64,000 nt of DNA from Nitrospinales bacterium (GCA_046757665.1 JBHHYO010000003.1:18049-82048), one strand, 5' to 3'; numbered from the stretch's first letter, positions 52,998-63,013 are shown. Translations and numbers: made by a program. The notes: generated from the letters alone by a model not told the origin.

Positions 52998-53321
52998 CTA
53001 CGTCCCGGATGTTTGCAGTTTCTCCGGTTTCAGCCGGTAGCCCATGGCGTGCATGATGGCATTGATACTTTCCAGTCTTGGATTGCCCTCTTCGGAAAGC
53101 GCTTTTTGAATGCCGTTGCGGGTGATTCCGGTTTCTCTCGAAATTTCGGAAATGCCCTTCACGCGGCAGATAACGCGGAGGGAGGACAGCAGGGCCGCGG
53201 TGTTCCCATCTTCCGCAAATTCGTCAAAAATCTCTTTCAGGTATTCGTCTATTTCATCCGGATGTTCACGGAAATAGTCCTCCTCGAATTCCCGGAACTT
53301 TCTGTATTTTCTTTTAGCCAT
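52998..53321 (-). CDS. HTH addiction-module antidote (HigA-like)
   Basis: EIDEYL, GISEISRETGITR, ALSEEGNPRLESI. Confidence 0.88.
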   Translation of the reverse strand: MAKRKYRKFREFEEDYFREHPDEIDEYLKEIFDEFAEDGNTAALLSSLRVICRVKGISEISRETGITRNGIQKALSEEGNPRLESINAIMHAMGYRLKPEKLQTSGT

Positions 53322-53652
53322 GCTTTCGATGCTCCTTCCAGTATTTCCTCGCCGTCTTAATATCCCTGGCCTGACTGCCTTTGTCGCCGCCACATAACAG
53401 CACAATTATATTCCCGGCCTCCTCGCCAAAATAAACCCGATAGCCGGGGCCAAAAAAAATCCGCAATTCCATCACAGCTTCGCCGACAGGCTGACAATCG
53501 CCATAAAGTCCGTGTTCCAGTTTTCCAATACGTCTTAAAATAACCCGGCGGCCTTTTCGGTCGCGCAAGCCTTTCATCCAATCGGTAAATGGCTCGTTCC
53601 CGCTTTCATCCTGATAAATGGTAACGGTTTTCGGCTTTACAGCTCCGGCCAT
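53314..53652 (-). CDS. RelE/ParE-family addiction-module toxin
   Basis: EPFTDW, ELRIFFGPGYRVYF, LLCGGDKGSQ; toxin-first order. Confidence 0.9.
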   Translation of the reverse strand: MAGAVKPKTVTIYQDESGNEPFTDWMKGLRDRKGRRVILRRIGKLEHGLYGDCQPVGEAVMELRIFFGPGYRVYFGEEAGNIIVLLCGGDKGSQARDIKTARKYWKEHRKHG

Positions 53653-53669
53653 CCCCGATCCTTTCTATA

Positions 53670-53699
53670 AAGATACTATTGCATACTATATTATGCAAT
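53670..53699 (-). promoter_or_regulatory. Promoter/operator of the TA cassette
   Basis: Minus strand TTGCAT-17-TATCTT with palindrome ATTGCATA-N6-TATGCAAT. Confidence 0.7.
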
Positions 53700-53962
53700 T
53701 AATTTCAAGGGTTCAATATTCTGAACATAGTTCAAATTGATTGAACAGACGGCGCAAACGAGGCAACCTGGACATAAATCCTCTTAAAGAACCACCACGA
53801 GAAAATAAATTGATCCCCCTGAGGAATCCCGAAGACAGAATTCAAAGGTCCCTTTGACCTTCCCCGTTTCAAGCCGATGTGATAAAATTCAATCCGAATC
53901 CAGCAACATTCACTCATCGGGAAAACCGGGTCAAACTCCCACGGGGACAAGCGGAGGGTGTC

Positions 53963-54628
53963 ATGAAAAAGAAAATCGGTGTGGTGCTTTCGGGATGCGG
54001 CGTTTATGACGGCGCGGAGATTCATGAATCGGTGCTGACCCTGCTGGCCATCGACCGGGCGGGAGCGGAAGCGGTCTGCATGGCTCCCGACGTCGATCAG
54101 ATGCACGTGGTCAACCACCTGACCGGCGAGGAAGCGGCGGGGGAAAAACGCAACGTGCTGGTCGAGTCGGCGCGCATCGCCCGCGGCCAGGTTAAGGACA
54201 TCAGCGCGGTGAAAGCCGACGATATTGACGCGCTGATCTTCCCCGGCGGGTTCGGCGCCGCCAAGAACTTGTCCGATTTCGCCGTCAAGGGAGAACATTG
54301 TAGCGTCCATCCGGAAGTCGTCCGCCTCATCCGCGAGTTCGCCGCCAAGGAAAAACCGCAAGCCGCCTGTTGCATCGCCCCGGCGATGTACGCCAAGGTC
54401 TTCGAGGGACAGGGCGTCCATCCCACCCTCACCGTCGGCAACGACAAGGAAGTCAGCGGAAAAATCGAAACCATGGGCGGCAAGCACCAGGAATGCGGCG
54501 CCGAGGACATGGTGTTCGACGAGGCAAACAAAATCGTCTCGACGCCGGCCTACATGACGGGCCAGAGCATCGGTCAAGTCGCCGCCGGCATCGAAAAAAC
54601 CGTCAACAAGCTGGTGAGCCTGCTGTAA
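53963..54628 (+). CDS. elbB: ElbB / ES1 glyoxalase (DJ-1 superfamily)
   Basis: VVLSGCGVYDGAEIHE, ESARIARG, PGGFGAAKNL, CIAP, STPAYM. Confidence 0.93.
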   Translation: MKKKIGVVLSGCGVYDGAEIHESVLTLLAIDRAGAEAVCMAPDVDQMHVVNHLTGEEAAGEKRNVLVESARIARGQVKDISAVKADDIDALIFPGGFGAAKNLSDFAVKGEHCSVHPEVVRLIREFAAKEKPQAACCIAPAMYAKVFEGQGVHPTLTVGNDKEVSGKIETMGGKHQECGAEDMVFDEANKIVSTPAYMTGQSIGQVAAGIEKTVNKLVSLL

Positions 54629-54706
54629 ATCCGGGGCCTCCTATGCTACAATTTAAATCTTGTTGCCTGGAATTGCGGACTTAAACCAACACCCAAAATT
54701 CGTTCG

Positions 54707-56116
54707 ATGAAAATACTTTTACTCAGACCCCACGCCGACGACCGGGACATCTCCCGGGTCATGCCTCTGGGCCTGATCGCCGTCGGCTCCGTTTTGAAAC
54801 GCGAAGGGTACGATATCCGCATCCTCGACCTGCGGTTGTCGTCCGACCCCGACGCGGACCTTAAAAACACTCTGGCGGAGTTTGCCCCGGACGTGGTGGG
54901 CATCGGTTTGATGACGGTGGAAAGCGACTACGCCTTCGCCGCCGCCCGGCAAGTGAAATCCCTGAAACCAAACGTCACGCTGATTTTCGGCGGGCCGCAC
55001 TGCGCCCACGAGCCGCAATTCATTCTGCACGACCCCAACGTCGATCTCATGGTGGTCGGCGAGGCGGAGTTGACCGTCGTCGAGTTGCTGGCCGCCCTCC
55101 GGGACAAAAAGGAACTCTCCGGCATCAAGGGCATCGCGTTTAAAAAAGACGGCCAATACGTCAAAACCGCGGCGCGGGAAAAAATCACCGACCTGGATTC
55201 GCTCGACCAGAACTACGATCTTCTCGAGGTTCACCGCTATTTCAATTTCGACTGCTCGCACGAATACCTGCCCGCCACCCACAGTTTCATGCCCATCGTC
55301 ACTTCCAGGGGGTGCCCGTTCACCTGCATCTATTGCCATGATATTTTCGGCAAGGACATCCGCTACCGCTCCCCCGAGGCGGTGATCGACGAAATGCAAC
55401 ACATGCAGGAAGCCTATGGCGTGCGTGAGTTTCACATCCTCGACGATTCGTTCAACATCGACATGCCGCGCGCCAAGCGCATCTTCGACATGATCGTCGA
55501 ACGCAAAATGGACATCAAAATATCCTTTCCCAACGGTGTGCGCGCCGATTTTTTCGACGACGAAATGATCGAGAAAATGAGCGCCGCCGGAGTGTACCGG
55601 CTGGCGTTGGGAATCGAGTCCGGCTCACTCCGCATCCAGAAAATGATCTCCAAGAGCCTGGACATCGGCATCCTCAAGGATGTGGTGAGCAAGCTCGCCA
55701 GGGCGCGCATCAGCGTCAACGGATTTTTCATGCTCGGTTTTCCCGGCGAAACCATCGACGAAATGAAACAAACCATTCAATTCGCCTGCGACCTGGACTT
55801 GAGCACGGCGTTGTTTTCCCTGGTCATCCCCAATCCCGGCACGGCACTGCGGGACATGGTTCTCGAGGAAGCGGAGACCCAGAATGCGAATTTTTCCGAT
55901 TACTCCATTAACGCCGTCAACAGCAACGCCAGCCGGCTGGAGCCCGCGGAATTGATCAAATTGCAAAAACAAGCCTACCGGCGGTTTTATTTCAATCCCC
56001 GGCGGGCGTGGCACATCTATCAGACGACGCGCTCCAAAAAATTGCTGTTAAGCAAATTTTTATCCCTTCTCAAACTGACGAGTTCATGGTCGAATCGGTT
56101 GAGCTATCAATCGTAA
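54707..56116 (+). CDS. Cobalamin-binding radical SAM protein
   Basis: PLGL, GGPH, GEAE B12-binding region; TSRGCPFTCIYC; GIESGS; FMLGFPGET. Confidence 0.9.
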   Translation: MKILLLRPHADDRDISRVMPLGLIAVGSVLKREGYDIRILDLRLSSDPDADLKNTLAEFAPDVVGIGLMTVESDYAFAAARQVKSLKPNVTLIFGGPHCAHEPQFILHDPNVDLMVVGEAELTVVELLAALRDKKELSGIKGIAFKKDGQYVKTAAREKITDLDSLDQNYDLLEVHRYFNFDCSHEYLPATHSFMPIVTSRGCPFTCIYCHDIFGKDIRYRSPEAVIDEMQHMQEAYGVREFHILDDSFNIDMPRAKRIFDMIVERKMDIKISFPNGVRADFFDDEMIEKMSAAGVYRLALGIESGSLRIQKMISKSLDIGILKDVVSKLARARISVNGFFMLGFPGETIDEMKQTIQFACDLDLSTALFSLVIPNPGTALRDMVLEEAETQNANFSDYSINAVNSNASRLEPAELIKLQKQAYRRFYFNPRRAWHIYQTTRSKKLLLSKFLSLLKLTSSWSNRLSYQS

Positions 56117-57015
56117 TTCCTGTTTTCAACGAAGAACCCGTTCTCGATGAACTGTACCGGCGGTTGAAACCGGTTTGCGAAGCTACCGGCAAATCCTATG
56201 AACTGTTGTTCGTGGACGACGGTAGCGGCGACGGCTCGTTCGAGGCGTTGAAGAAATTCAAGTCCCGGGACTGCCGGGTGCGGGTCGTCCGTTTCACGCG
56301 CAACTTCGGCCAGCAGGCGGCGGTGCTCGCCGGGTTTCGTTACAGCCGCGGCGCGGTGGTGGTGCAGATCGACGCCGACCTGCAAAACCCGCCCGAGGAA
56401 ATCCCGAAACTCCTCGACGCCTTGCGGGCCCCTTACGACCTGGTCGTCACGCGGCACAAAAGGCGTCACGACGAGTTTTGGCGCGTCGCCGGGTCGAAGC
56501 TCCTGCAATGGTGCGGCCAAAGATTTCTCGGCCGGTCGTTCCGCCTGAACCTCAGTTCCTTCCGCGCCATGCGGCGCGGCGTGATCGAAAAAATCGATGC
56601 GTGTAGCGACCGGTCGCGTTACCTGGCCGTCCTCGTCAGTTGGATGGCCGTACCGTCCGTGGAAATCGAGGTGGAGCACCAGAACCGCGCCCGCGGGGAA
56701 ACCAAATACGGGTTTTTCGACCTGCTCAAACTCGCCTGGGACCTGGTCGCCGGTTACTCCAGCGCGCCCCTGCGCTTCGTCACCTATCTCGGCCTTCTGG
56801 GCGCAGTGCTGGGGCTTTTGCTGATGCTGTTCCTTTTGTTCCAGCGGTACGTGCAGGGCATCGACATCGAGGGATTCGTCGTGCTGGCGGCGGTGTTTTC
56901 TTTTTTCGCCGGCGCGCAATTGTTGTCCGTCGGCATTCTCGGCGAATACGTCGGCAGAATTTACCTGCAAGTGCAGAACCGTCCCGATTACATTGTCGAC
57001 AAAGAGATCGAATAA
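56086..57015 (+). CDS. Polyprenyl-phosphate glycosyltransferase (GT2, ArnC/GtrB-like)
   Basis: SIVIPVFNEE, VDDGS, RNFGQ, IDADLQNPP, two C-terminal TMs, GEYVGRIY. Confidence 0.9.
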   Translation: MVESVELSIVIPVFNEEPVLDELYRRLKPVCEATGKSYELLFVDDGSGDGSFEALKKFKSRDCRVRVVRFTRNFGQQAAVLAGFRYSRGAVVVQIDADLQNPPEEIPKLLDALRAPYDLVVTRHKRRHDEFWRVAGSKLLQWCGQRFLGRSFRLNLSSFRAMRRGVIEKIDACSDRSRYLAVLVSWMAVPSVEIEVEHQNRARGETKYGFFDLLKLAWDLVAGYSSAPLRFVTYLGLLGAVLGLLLMLFLLFQRYVQGIDIEGFVVLAAVFSFFAGAQLLSVGILGEYVGRIYLQVQNRPDYIVDKEIE

Positions 57016-57869
57016 TGGAAATCAAAAAGCTGACCTCCCTCATCATCGAACCGACCAACACCTGCAACCTGCGTTGCACGTTCTGTTTCGTGACGGAGGG
57101 CATGGCGCGTCCGGAAGGATTCATGGACCTCGACCTGTTCAAGAAAGTCGTCGATGACTGCCCCGGCCTGGAGCATCTGTGCATGCACAACTGGGGCGAG
57201 CCGCTCCTGCACAAGGACATTTTCAAGATGTTCGATTACGCCGCCCGCGCCGGAATCCGCCACATCGTCATGAACACCAACGGCACGCTCCTGACGCACA
57301 AGATGATCGACAGAATCATCGACAGCCCCCTCAGCATCATCCGGTTTTCCATCGACGGTTCCGCGGAAACCTTCAAGAGAATTCGCGGCGTGGAACTGGA
57401 TAAAATCGAGCGCAACATTCTCGAATTGAAAAAGCGCAAGGAGGCGCGGCGGCCGGAACTCGGCATGGGCGTCGTATTCACCGTGGAGGAAGACACCCAG
57501 CAGGACGCGGACGGCTTCATCGCCCACTGGCGGGAGATTGTCGACCACGTCCGCCTCCAGCCGAAACTGGCGCAAAGCCCGCGCCACGAAGTGTGCCCGG
57601 AACTGTTCGGCAAGGATTACGGCAAGCTCGTGGTGCTGTGGGACGGCACGGTCATCCCCTGTTGCGTGGATTACAACGCCACCCTGGCCATGGGCAACGC
57701 CTGGAAGGACTCCATTCCGCAACTGTGGCGCGGCGCCGCCATCGACCGGTGGCGGGCGCAACACCTGGCCGGCGAGTTCCCGTCCACCTGCGCCAACTGC
57801 AACGAATGCGACACCGGCAAAACCCAAAAACGGTTTTTCTATCCCGAACCGGCGGCGGAAAAAACTTAG
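57015..57869 (+). CDS. Radical SAM protein with SPASM/twitch domain
   Basis: CNLRCTFC, GEPLLH, NTNG, C-terminal CPE..PCC..CANC; TAATG coupling. Confidence 0.9.
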   Translation: MEIKKLTSLIIEPTNTCNLRCTFCFVTEGMARPEGFMDLDLFKKVVDDCPGLEHLCMHNWGEPLLHKDIFKMFDYAARAGIRHIVMNTNGTLLTHKMIDRIIDSPLSIIRFSIDGSAETFKRIRGVELDKIERNILELKKRKEARRPELGMGVVFTVEEDTQQDADGFIAHWREIVDHVRLQPKLAQSPRHEVCPELFGKDYGKLVVLWDGTVIPCCVDYNATLAMGNAWKDSIPQLWRGAAIDRWRAQHLAGEFPSTCANCNECDTGKTQKRFFYPEPAAEKT

Positions 57870-57891
57870 TACTTCGTTGCAAAACGTTTCT

Positions 57892-57950
57892 TCACGCTTC
57901 GACAAGCTCGGCGTGACAGTTTGGTTGTCGTCCCGAGCCTGTCGAAGGAC
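57892..57950. repeat. Inverted pair of REP-like family 2 hairpins
   Basis: tcacgcttcgacaagctcggcgtgac and gtcgtcccgagcctgtcgaaggac. Confidence 0.75.
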
Positions 57951-57958
57951 AATGATTC

Positions 57959-58774
57959 ATGCCCCGCACCGATGAAAACGACATCAGAAAAAAAATCCTC
58001 GAGGAAAACCGGCGGGTGCACGCCCTGGAGAACCGCCTGTACCTGAAACGCCATCCGGAGCAGACCAATTTTTACCAGGCCCGCCTGCTGAACGAAACGC
58101 TCGACACCGTGGACCGCCACCTGGGCGGCCGCGAGGCGCGCATCCTGGAGCTGGGGTGCGGCACGGGTTACCTTCACCTGCCGCTTTTGCAACGCGGCCA
58201 CCACGTCACCGGCGTCGATCTGTCTCCGGAGATGATCGCCGTCCTGCAACAAAACATCCCCGACGGTCAAAAGACGCGGTCGCAACTGGTGGTCATGGAA
58301 GCCGAGACATTCGTCGAACAGGATGAAAACACTTACGACGCCGTGGTCATGTCCGCCCTGCTCCATCACCTGTTCGACTACCGGGCGGTTGTCAAAGCGC
58401 TTTGCGCCAAGGTAAAACCCGGCGGACTGTTTCTGGTTTTCTTTGAACCGTTGAAACAGGAAATCGACGCGCCTCTGCGTTATGCCTTGCACAAGGCATT
58501 GGCGAACCTGGACGAATACCTTTACCGGAGGAAAATGCGGGCCCTGCGGATTCCGCTATTTGAGGAGGACTATGAACTGTCCGACTACCAGCGGCGTTTC
58601 GGCGGCATCGACCCCAACCTCCTCGCGGAGACCCTGACGCAGGCCGACATGCGGGTCGTCGAAACAAAAAAATACTGCGCCCGCCGTTGCGGAGCGAGCG
58701 CCTGGATCGCCAACCGCATCCTGCGCACGTCGAACACCTTCAACCTGCTGGCTAGAAAAACCGGAGGGGAATAA
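57959..58774 (+). CDS. Class I SAM-dependent methyltransferase
   Basis: ILELGCGTG, GVDLSPEM, LLHHL, VKPGG. Confidence 0.9.
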   Translation: MPRTDENDIRKKILEENRRVHALENRLYLKRHPEQTNFYQARLLNETLDTVDRHLGGREARILELGCGTGYLHLPLLQRGHHVTGVDLSPEMIAVLQQNIPDGQKTRSQLVVMEAETFVEQDENTYDAVVMSALLHHLFDYRAVVKALCAKVKPGGLFLVFFEPLKQEIDAPLRYALHKALANLDEYLYRRKMRALRIPLFEEDYELSDYQRRFGGIDPNLLAETLTQADMRVVETKKYCARRCGASAWIANRILRTSNTFNLLARKTGGE

Positions 58775-58806
58775 AAAAGCCCGGCCCGCTTGAGGCAGGA
58801 GGCCGG
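58773..58806 (-). terminator. Intrinsic terminator after smc
   Basis: CCGGCC...GGCCGG stem followed by T-run on the minus strand, between convergent genes. Confidence 0.6.
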
Positions 58807-61800
58807 TCAGTTCAAGTGCACCGAAACCACCTTCGACACGCCTTTCTCCTCCATGGTGACTCCATAAAGGACGTTGGCGAACGACATGGTTTTCTGGTTG
58901 TGGGTGATCAGGATAAACTGGGTGTCACCGGCAAGTTCCTTGAGGATTTCCTGAAACCGGACGACGTTCAGTTCGTCAAGCGGCGCGTCCACTTCATCCA
59001 GGAGGCAAAACGGGCTGGGGCGCACCTTCAGCAGGGCGAAGACCAGGGCAATGGCCGTCATGGCCTTTTCCCCGCCGGACAAGAGAGAAAGGTTCTGCAT
59101 CTTTTTGCCCGGCGGCTGAGCGGAAATTTCAACTCCGGACTCCAGGGGGTCCGACTCATCGCAAAGAACCAGCTGAGCCTTGCCGCCCTGGAACAGACGC
59201 GCATAAATGGCCTGAAACTGCTCGTCCACCTGGTGGAAGGTTTCCAGAAACCGCCGCCGCGTGGTGCGATTGATGGTTTCGATCGCCGTTTGCAGAATGC
59301 GAACGGACTCCGCCAAGTCATCCGTCTGCCGTTTCAAAAAACCGTGCCGCTCGTTTGTCTGCTCGAACTCCGAGACGGCGGCCAGGTTGACCTCGCCCAT
59401 CTTTGCTATCTTGTCCTTGAGCGTCCGCAGGGCTTCCTCCGTCTCCGCCTCATCCACCTCGCCGTCATACAGCGAAAGCATTTCCTTCACGGACACGTTG
59501 AAATCCTCGAACGCCTGCTCCGCCAGATGAGAGGACTGAATTTTAATTTCAGAGCGTTTCAGGTCAAGTTTTGACAGCGCCTCCGTCAGTTCCTGGACCC
59601 GTTTGGAAACGGTCCTGGACTCCTGTTCTTCCCGCCGAAGAGTCTCTTCTTTTTCGCCGAGGTTTTCTTCTTCACCGGCCAGTTCCTCGGCCAACCGGTC
59701 TTTTTCGCGGGCGCATTGCAGGACTTCTTTTTCTCGAGATTCAATCTCTTCCTTGTGCGCGTCGATTTTGGCGGCGTTGCCTTGCAAGTCCCGCTCCCTC
59801 TGCTCGATGCGCCGACGCAAACTATCCTGTTGCTGAAGCAGACGGTTGATATCCAAAAGGAGAATGTCCCGGCGGCCTTGCAGGGAAGCGATCGCCACCT
59901 TGACCTCGTTGGCCTGGGCGGATTTCTCCTCGAGTGCTTCCTTGAAAACCTGCAAGTCCTTGCGAAGCGTTTCCAGCCGTTCTTCCTCGCCGGTTTTTTC
60001 TTCTTCCGCAAGGGCGGTGTCCCGCGCCAGGGCCTGCTCCTCCGCCGCCAATTCGCCGAAGTTCGCGGACTCTCTTTCGTAATCCAGGACGGACAGCTTT
60101 TCGCGCAAGCGTTCGGTTTCTTTTTTTAGTTGCTCAAGGTCCTTGCGGGAGTTGGCCTGGGCGATTTCGGCCTCATGGACCGCGGGCCGGATTTGGTTGA
60201 TGTTTTCCTCCAGGCCGCTCAACTGGCCGGTCAGTTCGCCGTGCAGGCGGTCGAGCGAGTCCAGTTCCTGTTTGAGCGCGGCGACTTGAACCGCAAGATC
60301 GTCCATTTCCCTTTTCCGCGCCAGCAACCCGGCGGAACCGCCCGAACCCTCGCCGCCCGAAATGACTCCCTGGGAATCTATCACCTCGCCGTTGCGGGTC
60401 ACCACAACTCCCCGGAAATCCGGGCGGGTGTGCAAGGTCATGGCGGTTTCCAGGTCCTGGACCAAAACCACGTCGCCCAGCAACTGCTCGATCAGGGGCC
60501 GGTATTCTTCCCGGCATTGAATCAAATCCTTCATCTTTCCCAGCACCGCCGGATTACCGTTGAGGTGGATCGGCACAACCGGTACGGACTTGGGATGAAT
60601 GGGGATGAAAGAACCGCGGCCGGAGCGATGTGATTTCAGATAACCTATCGCCTCCACGCTGTCGGCATAGGAATTGACGATCACGCTTTGCAACTTTTCG
60701 CCCAGCACCGCTTCCACCGCCGGCTCGTATTCGCTTGGCGTCTGAAGCACGTCCGCCAGCACGTCGCGCAGTCCCCGCAACCGTCCGCCATTGCCGTTTT
60801 GCGCCATCAGGGACTTGACGCCGTCCTTGAAACCCTCGAACCGGGCGCGCAGGTCCTTGATCGAATTTAAAAGGGAATGTTGAGAGAGGTACCGGTCCTT
60901 GGCGGCCGCCAGGCGTTCGGAGTGCTCTTGAAGCTTTGCCTTGCAGGCTTCGCCCTGCCGCATGAGGTCTTCCTGCCGGGCTTTCAAGGATTCGAACCGC
61001 CGCAATTTTTCGCCGTAATCCGTTTCGGCATCGGCAGTCGCCCGGCAGGCTTTTTCCAGGGTTTCCCGCGTTTGCTCCTCTTCGCCCCGGAGCTTTTCCG
61101 CCTGGCTTTGCAAAAACTGTTTCCGCGTTTGCAGAGCGGCGGTTTCGTTTTTCTTCAGGGAAATCCGTTGGTACAGTTCCATTATTCTTTCTTCGACGGC
61201 GCGGCCGGTTTCTTCTTTTTGCCGCAGGAGAATCTTGTCCTGGTCCAATGCCTGGATGAGGCGGCCGCAGTTTTCCTCTTGGGCGGCGATCTCTCCGGAA
61301 ACCCGGCTCAACTCCGCGCGCCGGTCTTCCGCCTCACCGGAAAGGGTCTCGACTTCTTCCTGCATTTGCGAAATTTCCTGAGTAGCGGCAGAGGAATCCT
61401 GCGCGGCGGTCTCGATCTGCGAACGCCGAAGCTCGATCTGGTGTTCGCCGTCGCCGATCCGCGATGCAAGCTCATACATCCGCTCGCGCTTGAGGTTGAC
61501 GGCATTTTTCAATTCATCAATGGCGATCTTGAGGTTCGCCACCTCGTTATCCAGGGAACTGACGCGGGCCGCTTCGAGCGATTTGTCTTCCTGGATGCGC
61601 TGGTACTCGCCCTCAACCCGTTTCAGCTCCTGCTGGTACAGGCGGATTTTTTTCACATACAGATTCAGGCTCAGTTCCTTGATCTCCAGCTTGAACCGCT
61701 TATAGCGATCCGCCTTGGCCGCCTGGCGTTTCAGGGATTCCGCCCGGCGGCCCAGTTCCTGAACGATATCGCCCAGACGCAACAGGTTTTGCCGGGAAAT

Positions 61801-62361
61801 TTCCAGCTTGCACTGCGCCTCGTGCTTGCGGTGCTTGAATTTCAGTATCCCCGCCGCTTCCTCCAGCAAATGCCGGCGTTCTTCCGGTTTTGAAGTGATG
61901 ATGTCCTGAATCTGGTTCTGTTCAATGATGGTCATCGACCGGCTGGTGATCCCCAAATCCAGAAACAAATCGACAACGTCTTTCAATCGGCAGGGAATCC
62001 CGTTGATGTAATATTCGCTTTCCCCGGACCGATAATAGCAACGGGTGATTTTGACCTCTTCCGCAAGATTCTGCACATTGGCGATACGCAGGCCGGGCGG
62101 AAGGTTGCCGATAACCAGATTGATTTCCGCCCGGTTGACCGGTTTCCTCGTTTCACTGCCGTTGAAGATGAGGTCGGCCAGCTTGAGGCCGCGTAATAAC
62201 CTGGAGTTTTGCTCGCCGATTACCCAGCGGATGGCATCGGAAACATTGCTCTTGCCACAGCCGTTGGGGCCGACGATGGCCGTAAACCCCTTGGTGAAAT
62301 CCAAATGGGTTTGCTCGACAAACGATTTAAAACCAACCAGTTCCAAACTTTTTAGAATCAT
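58807..62361 (-). CDS. smc: Chromosome segregation protein SMC
   Basis: GFKSF, GPNGCGKSN, coiled coils, hinge, LSGGEK, LDEVDAPLD. Confidence 0.97.
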   Translation of the reverse strand: MILKSLELVGFKSFVEQTHLDFTKGFTAIVGPNGCGKSNVSDAIRWVIGEQNSRLLRGLKLADLIFNGSETRKPVNRAEINLVIGNLPPGLRIANVQNLAEEVKITRCYYRSGESEYYINGIPCRLKDVVDLFLDLGITSRSMTIIEQNQIQDIITSKPEERRHLLEEAAGILKFKHRKHEAQCKLEISRQNLLRLGDIVQELGRRAESLKRQAAKADRYKRFKLEIKELSLNLYVKKIRLYQQELKRVEGEYQRIQEDKSLEAARVSSLDNEVANLKIAIDELKNAVNLKRERMYELASRIGDGEHQIELRRSQIETAAQDSSAATQEISQMQEEVETLSGEAEDRRAELSRVSGEIAAQEENCGRLIQALDQDKILLRQKEETGRAVEERIMELYQRISLKKNETAALQTRKQFLQSQAEKLRGEEEQTRETLEKACRATADAETDYGEKLRRFESLKARQEDLMRQGEACKAKLQEHSERLAAAKDRYLSQHSLLNSIKDLRARFEGFKDGVKSLMAQNGNGGRLRGLRDVLADVLQTPSEYEPAVEAVLGEKLQSVIVNSYADSVEAIGYLKSHRSGRGSFIPIHPKSVPVVPIHLNGNPAVLGKMKDLIQCREEYRPLIEQLLGDVVLVQDLETAMTLHTRPDFRGVVVTRNGEVIDSQGVISGGEGSGGSAGLLARKREMDDLAVQVAALKQELDSLDRLHGELTGQLSGLEENINQIRPAVHEAEIAQANSRKDLEQLKKETERLREKLSVLDYERESANFGELAAEEQALARDTALAEEEKTGEEERLETLRKDLQVFKEALEEKSAQANEVKVAIASLQGRRDILLLDINRLLQQQDSLRRRIEQRERDLQGNAAKIDAHKEEIESREKEVLQCAREKDRLAEELAGEEENLGEKEETLRREEQESRTVSKRVQELTEALSKLDLKRSEIKIQSSHLAEQAFEDFNVSVKEMLSLYDGEVDEAETEEALRTLKDKIAKMGEVNLAAVSEFEQTNERHGFLKRQTDDLAESVRILQTAIETINRTTRRRFLETFHQVDEQFQAIYARLFQGGKAQLVLCDESDPLESGVEISAQPPGKKMQNLSLLSGGEKAMTAIALVFALLKVRPSPFCLLDEVDAPLDELNVVRFQEILKELAGDTQFILITHNQKTMSFANVLYGVTMEEKGVSKVVSVHLN

Positions 62362-62466
62362 ATTGTTACAGCCGAAAGATTTGTCATGCGAGCAGGCCCG
62401 GGACAGGCCGCACACTCTGTTTTCGCAAAAAGGTTATCCCAACCAAAAAGGGTTGTAAAGCGAATA

Positions 62467-62513
62467 ATACAATTTCTGGTGTATTTTTTTTAATAGACCA
62501 CCATATATTGTGG
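62467..62513. promoter_or_regulatory. Tandem NrdR-box-like sites
   Basis: ATACAATTTCTGGTGT (62467) and CCACCATATATTGTGG (62498), 31 bp apart. Confidence 0.65.
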
Positions 62514-62635
62514 GTATCTAAAGAAATGGATCAGCAAGCGAACGGGAGAAAGCCGGACAACATCCATCAAGATTGACAAAAAATCATGCTATACTGGTTG
62601 ACCTTTCGCGGGGAACAGCGGAACCGGAGATTTCG

Positions 62636-63013
62636 ATGATCAAATACTATCATTATAATAAATGCGGCGCCTGCCGGAAGGCAAAAAAATTTCTCGACGA
62701 GCACAATATCCGATATCAGGAAACCGATATCACGCTCAATCCGCCGCCCAAAACTGTTTTGAAAAAAGCCCTGCGGGCAAAGGGCATCAAAAAACTCTTC
62801 AACACCAGCGGCGTCGAGTACCGGGAAAAGAAGATCAAGGATAAAATCGCCGCGATGACCGAGACGCAAGCTCTGGAACTGCTGGCCGGCAACGGCCGAT
62901 TGATCAAACGGCCGATCGCCGTGGATGGGGAGCGCCTGACGGTCGGCTTTGATCCTGATGAATACCGGAAAGTCTGGGTGAAAAAACAGGGACGCCCCGG
63001 CGCTACTTTATGA
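62636..63013 (+). CDS. ArsC/Spx-family thioredoxin-fold protein
   Basis: CGACRKA, LFNTSGVEYRE, LIKRPI, VGF. Confidence 0.9.
   Translation: MIKYYHYNKCGACRKAKKFLDEHNIRYQETDITLNPPPKTVLKKALRAKGIKKLFNTSGVEYREKKIKDKIAAMTETQALELLAGNGRLIKRPIAVDGERLTVGFDPDEYRKVWVKKQGRPGATL

Larger units (their letters stand above)
52957..53746. mobile_element. Inverted-repeat-bounded toxin-antitoxin cassette (putative non-autonomous element)
   Basis: 52957-52992 and reverse complement of 53711-53746 match at 32/36 nt (outer 26 nt 25/26). Confidence 0.65.

Noticed and set aside
53676..53703. dif/pdif site next to the TA cassette
   Set aside because: GCATA..TTATG spacing is too short and the XerD arm TTATGTTAAAT is absent; better explained as the TA operator
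54707..56116. Assignment of the B12 radical SAM as hopanoid methylase HpnP
   Set aside because: It is about 18 kb from shc and I cannot see family-specific motifs; a phylogeny is needed
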